Virus record (IMG/VR): IMGVR_UViG_3300038974_000721
Location: 1-55,288 of that record
Reading direction: 5' to 3' (one strand)
Length of the DNA: 55,288 nucleotides
From: a virus
Lineage: Duplodnaviria > Caudoviricetes
Every line of letters begins with the position of its first letter. The first letter of the stretch is position 1. Made by a program: the position numbers and the translations under genes. The notes beneath the pieces were generated by a model, which was not told the DNA's origin, ran no database searches, and saw only the letters and a program-made list of their open reading frames with translations. Shown here one piece after another: positions 1 through 8,572 of the stretch.

Positions 1-300
1 GATAACGATTGATCCTCATATCGAAATCAAAACCACTTCTGCAGGAATTGACCATTCTGGAAGTCGAAATAAACTATTTTTATTCACGGATCTTTTAAAA
101 TTGATTTAAGACACTTTCTTTGCTCCGGCGTACAAATCCCTATCCGAGCCGGCGATATTGCCAGGGATGCAACGTAGCAAATGCGTTGTGGCATGGAGGA
201 AGAGGGCGATTGAAACAATCTGAAACGTTGAAACATGCGAAAGTAATTGTTCTATTACATTATCAAAAGCTTTAAGTAAAATGTCATAGAACTATTTACT

Positions 301-684
301 ATGCACAAGACCACCGCCGGAGAGAAGAGGAAGGCCTTGAAGTCCGAGGCTCAAGTGCTGGCCAGGGACGCCCGCACCCTGCAGAAGGCCACCCGTGCTC
401 CCGCAATCATCCATGAAGCCCAGAGACTGCAAGAAGAAGCCAATACAGCCCTGGCAGAGGCCGAGGACCTCAAGCTCCGGGCCCGGCTGGAGGATCTGAA
501 CATCTGGCAGATGAAGAAGGCCAAGAAAGGCAAAAAGGGCACCCAGATCTACACCTACTGGATGGCCTCCTGGCGTGAGGGCGATAAGACTCGCAATGTT
601 CACCTAGGAAGCTGCAAGAAGATGGACCACGAGACCGCACTGCAGAAGGCAAAGGCGATGAAGGCGGCGGCGCTGGGGATATAA
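301..684 (+). CDS. Hypothetical basic protein, possibly DNA-binding (family recalled from Methanothrix mobile elements)
   Basis: 127-aa ORF with TATA-like TTTAAGTA ~25 nt upstream; helical N-terminus and C-terminal YTYWMASWREGDKTRNVHLG motif. Confidence 0.7.
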   Translation: MHKTTAGEKRKALKSEAQVLARDARTLQKATRAPAIIHEAQRLQEEANTALAEAEDLKLRARLEDLNIWQMKKAKKGKKGTQIYTYWMASWREGDKTRNVHLGSCKKMDHETALQKAKAMKAAALGI

Positions 685-715
685 TGTATATATGATGTAT
701 GATGCATAAAACGTA

Positions 716-735
716 TATACATGCGCGCATGTATA
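716..735. promoter_or_regulatory. Perfect 20-bp palindrome, candidate operator of the TA module
   Basis: TATACATGCGCGCATGTATA is its own reverse complement and lies just upstream of the 774..1489 gene pair. Confidence 0.5.
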
Positions 736-773
736 CATCATTTGCAGCGAACTTAAAAGGAAGTGAAGTGAGC

Positions 774-926
774 ATGGCAAGGCAAGTTGAATTAGGGCTA
801 ACCCTTAAGGGAGAAGAGGCCAAGGAGTTCCTAAAGAACGAAAAGAGCCCTGCCTTTACTTCTGAGCAATTGGCGTTTTTCCGCCGGGCGAAAAAGATCT
901 ACAAAGCTAATTGCAGCAAGTTTTGA
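774..926 (+). CDS. Putative antitoxin partner of the GNAT toxin (50 aa)
   Basis: ATG at 774 after a purine-rich RBS-like tract; LTLKGEEAKEFL resembles the TacA/DUF1778 C-terminus; stop overlaps the next start (TGATG). Confidence 0.6.
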   Translation: MARQVELGLTLKGEEAKEFLKNEKSPAFTSEQLAFFRRAKKIYKANCSKF

Positions 927-1489
927 TGGGACCCATACCAGAAAGGGCACTTAGCATTGAATTACTCAACTCCAGGAATGCTAAATATACCCTTACTCCT
1001 TTTGATTCTGGTGACGAAGAGTTAGACGATTTCTTAAAAAATGATGCACTAAAAGAGCAGAAGCTTCTTCTTAGCAGAACACACCTATGCTTTTATAAAG
1101 ACCATCTTGCCGGATTCATCACATTGGCTGCAGACTCTATCCGGCTGGATAAAGATAAGCTGGATGCTAGTCAACATATTGATGGCTGTGATTATCCTGC
1201 ATATCCATGTATTTTGATTGCCAGGCTTGCGGTTGATAAACGACTTCAGGAACGTGGTATTGGACACTATTTACTTTCTCTCGCTGTAGGTTTTGCCTTA
1301 GAAGGGCCATTAGGATGTAGATACATATCTGTTGACCCAAAGGAGACAGCTTTAAAATTTTATGAAAAGATTGGGTTTAGATATTGGACGAAGAGTAAGC
1401 GCAGAATGTATCTGAACATGATGGACGTGGCACAACAACTAGAGCCCGACGAATCGCTAGATCCATGGTCCGAAGATTTGAGCCAATAA
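926..1489 (+). CDS. GNAT N-acetyltransferase, probable TacT/AtaT-like toxin
   Basis: FDSGDEELDDFLK, YPCILIARLAVDKRLQERGIG (acetyl-CoA motif) and ALKFYEKIGF; translationally coupled to a small upstream ORF. Confidence 0.85.
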   Translation: MGPIPERALSIELLNSRNAKYTLTPFDSGDEELDDFLKNDALKEQKLLLSRTHLCFYKDHLAGFITLAADSIRLDKDKLDASQHIDGCDYPAYPCILIARLAVDKRLQERGIGHYLLSLAVGFALEGPLGCRYISVDPKETALKFYEKIGFRYWTKSKRRMYLNMMDVAQQLEPDESLDPWSEDLSQ

Positions 1490-1800
1490 ATCCCTAGCTT
1501 CTCGATCCTTCAGCCCGTGGTGGACGGCGAAGGCCCGAGCCTTAAAGGCTGAGGCCCAGGGATATCTGAGAATTAACCCTATTTTTATAATTTCTGTAAT
1601 AAGTCCTTGCTTCTGTGGTGCGAAAGATCATAACCCTGATAGTAGACGTATAGTTAACCGTCCCTCTACTTACCGCAAAGAGAGAGACATATGTAGAAGG
1701 TCAGGCTATGAGACCCTGCTCTTCCTTTTAATATTTCTTCCCCTAAGATAGCCTTATATTCCTTCTCTGAGACTTTCGTTAACATCTGAAGGGATGCTCT

Positions 1801-4800
1801 TTGCCATCAAACTCACCAGCAATCACAGAAGCCCAGGTCAAACCCCAGACACTTACAGGAGTTAATAACCATGGTCTATTTTCAAATCACTACTTAGAGA
1901 CCCAGACACCAAAGACACCTGAGTGGAATGAGGATGAGAAGGCTCAGATAGTCTTCAATGAAATAAGCAAACACTATCACCAGAATCATAGGGCTGTAGC
2001 TGCCTACAAGGAGTCACAGCTGGAAGATAACTTCATTAAACCAGTCCTAAAAGCACTAGGTCATTTTTTCGGGATTCAAGGAAAGGTGGCTGATACTGCC
2101 CGTGTGCCTGATTATGCCTTCTTCTCTAATGATGATAGTCGTGATGAGGCTTATCAGCTCCAGGGCACTCAGGACTTCTATCTGAAGGCCATAGCAGTAG
2201 GTGATGCCAAAGCCTGGAATATATCCCTTGATAAGAGCCAGACCTCTGGGAAAGGGTTTTGGGATAAGCAAAACCCCAGCTACCAAATTGACACATATCT
2301 TAGAGACACTCCACCTGTATGGGGATTACTTACTAATGGCAGACTGTGGAGGCTATACCATGAGAGCACCAGTTATAAGCTGGATGTCTATTATGAGGTT
2401 GACTTGGAGAGACTTTTAAAATCAGAAGATTTGGAAGCTTTCAAATACTTTTACCTATTTTTCAGGCTTGAAGCATTCCCCAAATTCCCTGGAGATTCTT
2501 TCCTGGATAGAACTAGAGAAGGAAGTCAAGCCTATGCCAAAGAGATAGGTGAAGAGCTTCAGGATAATGTCTATAAGGCCATGCAGAAGCTGGCAGAAGG
2601 CTTCTTTGCAGACCCCTCCAATGGTTTAACCAGATCAGAAGGGGATCTGAAGGCAGTCCAAGATAACTCTATGCTCCTTCTTTACAGGCTGCTATTCATT
2701 TCTTATGCTGAAAGCAGAGGACTGCTGGATACCAGCAATAGATACTATCATGACATGAGCCTTCAGGAGATGAAGAAGGAAATTGCCACCAGGATAGATA
2801 CAGGTGGCTTCTTAGCTCCATTCTCCTATGCCTACTGGGGCAAACTGAATAATCTCTTTAACCTCATTAATGAAGGAAGTGAATCCGATAGGTGGAGAAT
2901 TGATAGGAATGTCTTTTACATACCAGCCTACAATGGTGGCCTGTTTGACCCAGCTAAAAACACCTTCCTGAGTACCAAACATGTTAGTGATCCATATCTA
3001 GCAGAGGCTCTGGACCTTCTGGCCAGGTCTGAAAAAGCTATGGTGGACTACTCTTCCCTTGACATAAAGCACCTTGGGTCTATCTATGAAGGCTTACTGG
3101 AGTATAAACTGACACCAGACCTAAACCTACTCACAGATAAGGGAGAGAGAAGGGCAACTGGCTCTTATTATACCCCTGATTATGTAGTCAAATACATAGT
3201 ACAGAATACTATCGGCATGATCCTATCTCAAAAGAAGGAGGAATGGGCTGACTCGCTGGATAGAAAAAAGTTTGCTGATCACATCTTATCCATCAAAATC
3301 CTTGATCCTGCCATGGGCAGTGGCCATTTCCTGGTGGAGGCAGTGGATTACCTAGCCAGAGCCCTGGTGGAGGCTTGGGCTACTGCTAAGAAGGAAGAAG
3401 CTAAGACCAAAGAGGTTGCAGAGCATGATATTCAGTGGGCCAGAAGAGAGGTAGTCAGAAAGTGCATCTACGGGGTAGATCTTAACCCCATGGCAGTGGA
3501 GCTGGCAAAGCTGGCCCTGTGGCTCACCACAGCAGCTGCAAATAAGCCCCTGTCATTCCTGGACCATCACCTCAGATGTGGTAATAGCCTGGTAGGAATA
3601 GATCTTGACTCCCTGGTCGTATTACCCTCCACAGGGACAGACAAAGGGTCCCTATCAGCATTCTTCACAGCCCAAAGGAAGAAGGTCATAGATGATCTTC
3701 TCAGGAAATATGGTGAAATAGATTCCAAACCGGATGATAGCTTGAAGGCTGTAAAAGAGAAGGAGAGGCAATTCAAGGCTCTTATGGAAGATGAGAGAAG
3801 CCAAAGAATTAGGGAGATAGCAAATGTCAAACTATCTGCTTACTTTGGAATTATTGTGAATGATGAGGATTATGAGTGGATGTGTAATGGCATCGACCCT
3901 GGATTATCGCCTGGATGGGGTGGTGTCAGAGATCTGGAGTGGTTTAGGAAAGCACAGCAAATAGCTCAGGAGCAGAGATTCTTCCATTGGGAGCTGGAGT
4001 TTCCTGAAGTGTTTATGCAGGGTGGTTTCAATGTCGTATTGGGCAATCCACCTTATGTTAGACAGGAGAGCCTAAGTGAGATTAAAGACTACTTGGAGAA
4101 TTATAAGGTCTACCAAGGGACTGCTGATCTATACACATACTTCATCGAAAGAGGCCTGCAGCTTTTGAAGGACGATGGCTTAATCTCCTACATAGTCTCA
4201 AATAAGTGGATGAGAGCTGGCTATGGTAAGCCATTGAGGCAACTGCTAAAAGAGCAATATGTAGAAGAAATTATAGATTTCTGTAAACTCCTTGTATTTA
4301 AGGGTGTCATGGTACATACATGTATATTAAAGGTATCGAAAAGATTGCCTGCAGCCTACATATTAGTAACAAAAGTCAAGGTCCCTCAAAAGGCATTAGA
4401 TTCTATCTCCTTATGTCATTACACAAAAGAAAATGCCTATAGTGTAAGCTATACTGGGCTGCAAGATAATAGCTGGTCACTGGCAGATGATAGAGCCCAA
4501 GATTTGCTGGATAAATTAGAAAGCAAAGGCAAGACTCTGAAGGATTACCTGGGAAGAGGTGTCTATAGAGGTGTGGTGACTGGTTTAGGCAAAGCCTTTG
4601 TTATCGATTATGAGACTAAGGAAAAGCTAATAGCTGAAGACTCAAGAAGTGCTGAAATCATAAAGCCCTATATAGGTGGCAGGGAGCTATATAGATACCA
4701 CCCTGTAGAGAGCAGAGATTATCTTATTTTTGCAAGAAGGGGCATAGATATAGAGAATTATCCTGCTATAAAGAAGCATTTGCTTCAATTTAAAGACCAA

Positions 4801-5571
4801 TTGATGCCTAAACCAAAGGATTGGCCTGAACATGAAGAGTGGAAGGGTCGTAAACCAGGCCCATACGAATGGTATGAAATTCAAGATGCTACAAGCTATT
4901 ATGCTGAATTTGAAAAACCAAAGATTATGTACCAAGTATTCCAAGGTGAGCCAACTTTTGCATTTGATACATCAGGGATGTATGCTAACAATGCTATCTG
5001 GATAATTCCAACTGCCAATAAGGTGCTTCTAGCTATACTTAACTCAAAGCTTGGTTGGTTTTTCATCTCACATTACTGCACCAAGATACAAATTGGCTAT
5101 CAGCTTATCTTCAAGTATCTAGGCAAAATTCCCCTACCTGATATGGAAAGCTTAGATCCTCGGTGTAAGATTCATCATGATCGGATAATACTCCTTGTAG
5201 AACAGATGCTCGATCTCAACAAGCAAAAGCAATCTGAGGCACATGGTTTCCTTAAATGGCTTGAAGGTGAGATAAGTGTCAAAGTCCAGGATCTCAGTGG
5301 AGCCTCTAAGCTACAGGAATACTACGGCATGGACTTCTCTGGATTCCATAACCTCCTGATCAAAAACAAAAGGAAGCTGAAGGCAGGCTATAACCCCAGA
5401 GGCAGAGGGAATAAAGAGCTTTTAGAGGAAGAATTCAATAAATCTGCAGATAAGATTAGGCAGATTAATTCCATGATAGATAAGACTGACAGGCAGATTG
5501 ATGCTCTTGTCTACGAGCTTTATGGCTTGACTGAAGAGGAAATTAAAATAGTTAAATCAGATAGCGGATAA
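1801..5571 (+). CDS. Type IIG (Eco57I-like) fused restriction endonuclease / N6-adenine methyltransferase
   Basis: N-terminal PD...DAK nuclease and LLTNGRLWRLY; YNGGLF, GSYYTP, DPAMGSGHF (motif I), GNPPY (motif IV); TaqI_C-like TRD. Confidence 0.93.
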   Translation: MPSNSPAITEAQVKPQTLTGVNNHGLFSNHYLETQTPKTPEWNEDEKAQIVFNEISKHYHQNHRAVAAYKESQLEDNFIKPVLKALGHFFGIQGKVADTARVPDYAFFSNDDSRDEAYQLQGTQDFYLKAIAVGDAKAWNISLDKSQTSGKGFWDKQNPSYQIDTYLRDTPPVWGLLTNGRLWRLYHESTSYKLDVYYEVDLERLLKSEDLEAFKYFYLFFRLEAFPKFPGDSFLDRTREGSQAYAKEIGEELQDNVYKAMQKLAEGFFADPSNGLTRSEGDLKAVQDNSMLLLYRLLFISYAESRGLLDTSNRYYHDMSLQEMKKEIATRIDTGGFLAPFSYAYWGKLNNLFNLINEGSESDRWRIDRNVFYIPAYNGGLFDPAKNTFLSTKHVSDPYLAEALDLLARSEKAMVDYSSLDIKHLGSIYEGLLEYKLTPDLNLLTDKGERRATGSYYTPDYVVKYIVQNTIGMILSQKKEEWADSLDRKKFADHILSIKILDPAMGSGHFLVEAVDYLARALVEAWATAKKEEAKTKEVAEHDIQWARREVVRKCIYGVDLNPMAVELAKLALWLTTAAANKPLSFLDHHLRCGNSLVGIDLDSLVVLPSTGTDKGSLSAFFTAQRKKVIDDLLRKYGEIDSKPDDSLKAVKEKERQFKALMEDERSQRIREIANVKLSAYFGIIVNDEDYEWMCNGIDPGLSPGWGGVRDLEWFRKAQQIAQEQRFFHWELEFPEVFMQGGFNVVLGNPPYVRQESLSEIKDYLENYKVYQGTADLYTYFIERGLQLLKDDGLISYIVSNKWMRAGYGKPLRQLLKEQYVEEIIDFCKLLVFKGVMVHTCILKVSKRLPAAYILVTKVKVPQKALDSISLCHYTKENAYSVSYTGLQDNSWSLADDRAQDLLDKLESKGKTLKDYLGRGVYRGVVTGLGKAFVIDYETKEKLIAEDSRSAEIIKPYIGGRELYRYHPVESRDYLIFARRGIDIENYPAIKKHLLQFKDQLMPKPKDWPEHEEWKGRKPGPYEWYEIQDATSYYAEFEKPKIMYQVFQGEPTFAFDTSGMYANNAIWIIPTANKVLLAILNSKLGWFFISHYCTKIQIGYQLIFKYLGKIPLPDMESLDPRCKIHHDRIILLVEQMLDLNKQKQSEAHGFLKWLEGEISVKVQDLSGASKLQEYYGMDFSGFHNLLIKNKRKLKAGYNPRGRGNKELLEEEFNKSADKIRQINSMIDKTDRQIDALVYELYGLTEEEIKIVKSDSG

Positions 5572-5581
5572 ACGGATCTAT

Positions 5582-5693
5582 CCTAATGCCTTAGACCTAA
5601 AGGCTTTAGCCCAAACGCTTAAACCTAAAGGTCATAGCCTTTAGCCCTTATCCTTTAGCAAAAATGTTAAAGCCTTAAACCTTAATCTTTTAG
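5582..5693. repeat. Phased array of 16 degenerate heptamers (consensus ~SCTWWAR) upstream of parA; candidate parS/operator
   Basis: CCTAATG CCTTAGA CCTAAAG GCTTTAG CCCAAAC GCTTAAA CCTAAAG GTCATAG CCTTTAG CCCTTAT CCTTTAG CAAAAAT GTTAAAG CCTTAAA CCTTAAT CTTTTAG, ending 3 nt before the ATG. Confidence 0.8.
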
Positions 5694-5696
5694 GCC

Positions 5697-6443
5697 ATGC
5701 AGATAATAGCCATTGCTAACCAGAAAGGAGGCTGTGGCAAAACCACCACTACAGTTAATCTGGCTGCTTATCTAGCTCTTAATGGGAATAGAGCTCTTTT
5801 AGTTGATCTGGATCCTCAGGGCTCTTCTACAAGGCATTTGGGCCTTAACGAGCTGGATAAGACCATGTATGATGTTCTGATGAAGGGCTTAGACATCAGG
5901 GCCTTAATCAAGAACACAATGGTCTCAGGCCTGGATATAGCCCCTACCAATAATTTCCTAGGCAAAGCAGAGCTGGAGCTGGCTTCCAAGCTCACTGCCA
6001 GGGAGTCAGTACTCAGGCCGAAGCTAAGGAGCCTAGAGGGCTATGATTACGTGCTAATAGATACCCCACCCACTCTGGGATTCTTAACCCTTAATGCTCT
6101 GGTAGCCTCTGATATGGTGCTGATCCCTATCCAAACTCAGTTCTTTGCTCTAATGGGCCTCTCCATGATTCTTGATCTACTGGAGCTGATTAAGAATGAT
6201 TTAGGCTACGATATCCAGAAAAAGTATCTCCTCACCTTATTCGATCCTAGAACAAAGATGGCCAAAGAAATAGTAACTCAGGTTAGGGAGTCCCTAGGAG
6301 AGGATGTATTCAAAACTGTGATTCCCAACAATATCAGGTTAGCTGAGGCTCCTAGCTATGGGGTTCCTATCTCAATACATGCTCCAGAGTCTCCTGGAGC
6401 TTTGGCTTACTTAAATTTAGCAAAAGAGGTGATAGCATTATGA
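5697..6443 (+). CDS. parA: ParA/Soj family partition ATPase (short type Ib-like)
   Basis: Deviant Walker A NQKGGCGKTTT, VDLDPQG, IDTPP, LAEAPSYG. Confidence 0.95.
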   Translation: MQIIAIANQKGGCGKTTTTVNLAAYLALNGNRALLVDLDPQGSSTRHLGLNELDKTMYDVLMKGLDIRALIKNTMVSGLDIAPTNNFLGKAELELASKLTARESVLRPKLRSLEGYDYVLIDTPPTLGFLTLNALVASDMVLIPIQTQFFALMGLSMILDLLELIKNDLGYDIQKKYLLTLFDPRTKMAKEIVTQVRESLGEDVFKTVIPNNIRLAEAPSYGVPISIHAPESPGALAYLNLAKEVIAL

Positions 6444-6874
6444 GCCCTGGAGCTGGAGAAGAGCTTAAGCACCTAATGGCCGGCGTGAAATCCAAGACAT
6501 CCAAACCTGGAGGCTTAGACTCTAAAGATGAAGGCTTAAACCTAAATGATAAAGCCTTAAACTCTAAGGATAAAACCTTAGACCTTAAGCCTAAAGGTAA
6601 TGAGCCTAAATCCTTAGACTTAAAGGATAAAGGATTAGGCTCTAAGGCTAAAGGCTTAAACCTAAAGGCTTTAGGCGAAGCTGTGGAAGGAGCTAACAGC
6701 AATAGGCAATCTATAGCGATCTGGAGCCCTAAGATCTCTGCTGTAATGTGGTACCTGAAGAAGACAACTCCAGAGTTCTCTATCTCAGAAGAAGCCAGGG
6801 CGATCTTAGAGGAAGGCCTGGAGAAAAAGTATCCTGAGCTTTTCCAGAAGGTAAAGGAAGGACTGAAGAAATGA
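6440..6874 (+). CDS. Putative ParA adaptor / centromere-binding protein with repeat linker and C-terminal RHH-like domain
   Basis: ATGA overlap with parA; 7-aa K/L repeats followed by a strand-helix-helix pattern (SIAIWSPKISAVMWYLKK...SISEEARAILEEGL). Confidence 0.65.
   Translation: MSPGAGEELKHLMAGVKSKTSKPGGLDSKDEGLNLNDKALNSKDKTLDLKPKGNEPKSLDLKDKGLGSKAKGLNLKALGEAVEGANSNRQSIAIWSPKISAVMWYLKKTTPEFSISEEARAILEEGLEKKYPELFQKVKEGLKK
6506..6674. repeat. Second heptamer array (~23 units) inside the adaptor ORF
   Basis: GCTTAGA CTCTAAA GATGAAG GCTTAAA CCTAAAT GATAAAG CCTTAAA ... GCTTAAA CCTAAAG GCTTTAG; shares exact GCTTAAACCTAAAGG and CCTAAAGGCTTTAG with the upstream array. Confidence 0.8.
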
Positions 6875-6948
6875 TTCTTTGCCAACTATTTATTAAGCCC
6901 TATGAGAAGAGATCAAGAAAAAGGACTCTGGAAATGAGGTAAAATGAT

Positions 6949-7389
6949 ATGGTTCAAAATATAACTAATGCTGTAGCTACTAACGCAACAGAGACCACTT
7001 TGACTATTAATCATGATATAAATTCAGCTGCGATAATTGGTTCAATTGCAATTATAATTACATTATTAGGTCTTTTATACAGATATAGTCAGCAATTAGG
7101 TGAATTGAAGGGAGTTAAAGAGTTAATCGACACTAAACTTAAATTTATTGACGAAAAATATAATACATCCGAAAAGATTCAAGCCGTAGAATTAAGAGTT
7201 CAAGCCGTAGAATTAAAAGTTCAAGATAAAATCAGCAAAGATGAAGTAAATACGCATATTTACGAGATTCATAACAATTTATTCACAATGGGCGAAGAAA
7301 TAAAAGCATTGAAAAAACAAAATGATGATCTGAAAAAAGAATTAGAACGGCATAAAAAATCACATCCAAGGCAAAAGGATCTGTTTTAA
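6949..7389 (+). CDS. Single-pass membrane coiled-coil protein
   Basis: GAGGT RBS; hydrophobic AAIIGSIAIIITLLGLLY; AT-rich; 21-bp tandem duplication (QAVELRV/QAVELKV). Confidence 0.7.
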   Translation: MVQNITNAVATNATETTLTINHDINSAAIIGSIAIIITLLGLLYRYSQQLGELKGVKELIDTKLKFIDEKYNTSEKIQAVELRVQAVELKVQDKISKDEVNTHIYEIHNNLFTMGEEIKALKKQNDDLKKELERHKKSHPRQKDLF

Positions 7390-7425
7390 TATACTAACAA
7401 CGAAAGAGGCCGAAGCTAAACACTG

Positions 7426-7653
7426 ATGGCAGTTCTGGAAGTGAGAGACCCATCTCAGAGCCCATATGACAAAGTCCTATGGGCACTGGCTACACGCGGA
7501 AGGATGAAGAGGAAGGATCTTAGGCGATATACCAAACTGAAGCTATCCGAGCTGGAGCCTATCCTTGAGGAGCTGGCAAAGGAAGGCCGTATAAGGATCT
7601 CAGGCGATATGGTAAGCTTGGGTCCAGCTCATGCTTCCAGGCAGAACTCTTGA
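7426..7653 (+). CDS. Small winged-helix protein
   Basis: RKDLRRYTKLKLSELEPILEELAKEGRIRI fits a wHTH pattern. Confidence 0.55.
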   Translation: MAVLEVRDPSQSPYDKVLWALATRGRMKRKDLRRYTKLKLSELEPILEELAKEGRIRISGDMVSLGPAHASRQNS

Positions 7654-7907
7654 GGCCATAGGCCATCTTCAGAGCCTATAGAGCCAATATCCTCAGCTTC
7701 AAAGCGGCACCGGATCATCTCATCGACCTCTGATAACCTGATCCTGAAGACCTCAGCCAGGATCTCTTTGGCGGCTTCCAGCTCCATAGCCTTCATACCC
7801 TGGTATACGGTTCTCTGCTGTGGCCTGATTAGCTGCTCAAGGACTCCTGCCATGATGAGCAAATAGGCCGGATGAGAATAAGTACTTTGGCCCGAAATCA
7901 ATATCAA
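7629..7907 (-). CDS. Small hypothetical protein (start uncertain)
   Basis: MELEAAKEILAEVF...EVDEMIR motif recalled from Methanothrix hypotheticals; converges on the wHTH gene. Confidence 0.5.
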   Translation of the reverse strand: MILISGQSTYSHPAYLLIMAGVLEQLIRPQQRTVYQGMKAMELEAAKEILAEVFRIRLSEVDEMIRCRFEAEDIGSIGSEDGLWPQEFCLEA

Positions 7908-8090
7908 TCGACCATTTTTTCATGAGAGGAATAAGCGATTAAGATACAAAGGGTGGATGAAGACATGAAATTGAATAAATTCTTCTTTGCCTTCTTTGGG
8001 AGCTGCTCTACCCCACTACCAAAAAGATTTTCTTCAGATAGTCTAATCTTAGAAAAGGAGGAGATTAAGACGAAGCTAGTGCGTTTAGCG

Positions 8091-8447
8091 ATGCCTTTTA
8101 TTTTTCTTATTGCATTGAGCCCATTAGGAATAAGTGAAGATACAACTCTGCATGAAAAAGTCGGTTCATATAACGTTTCATTTACGGTCCCCGGCGAGCG
8201 TAATTTCAATCGGGAGATATCTGATCCATCATCCTTTTCCGGTGAAGGGGATTTTACTGGAATGAATGGAATGGGCTGCAGTCTGAAGGCTACAGACGAG
8301 GATAATGGCGAATATTTATGGGTAATAATTTAGGAAGATTATGTCAAAAATCCTGGTACATTGCTCTTCAGACCTCTCAAATCATTGCCTATCTTATTAC
8401 AGTATGATCTTGTATTTAAGGGACTCCGCCGATCACATTCGACTTGA
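8091..8447 (+). pseudogene. Possible decayed secreted-protein gene
   Basis: Signal-like FIFLIALSPLG and VGSYNVSF, then an in-frame TAG at 8331-8333, a short continuation and loss of frame. Confidence 0.3.
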
Positions 8448-8572
8448 ATATCACCTCCCTGCATATCTGTCCTAATATAGTGATCATCGAGATGATGTCG
8501 TAGCCCCCATCTCTGGGATTGCATGGGGACAATGACATCACCCCGCAAGTGGGCACGAGGACTACGTGGGGA

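Noticed and set aside
211-234. TGAAAC three times plus small hairpins upstream of gene 301
   Set aside because: Short, irregularly spaced and near the window edge; cannot be distinguished from chance.
5582-6674. Heptamer arrays as CRISPR
   Set aside because: No repeat-spacer alternation and no cas genes.
8331-8333. In-frame TAG as a pyrrolysine codon
   Set aside because: The frame closes soon afterwards and no pyl genes are present; decay is the simpler explanation.
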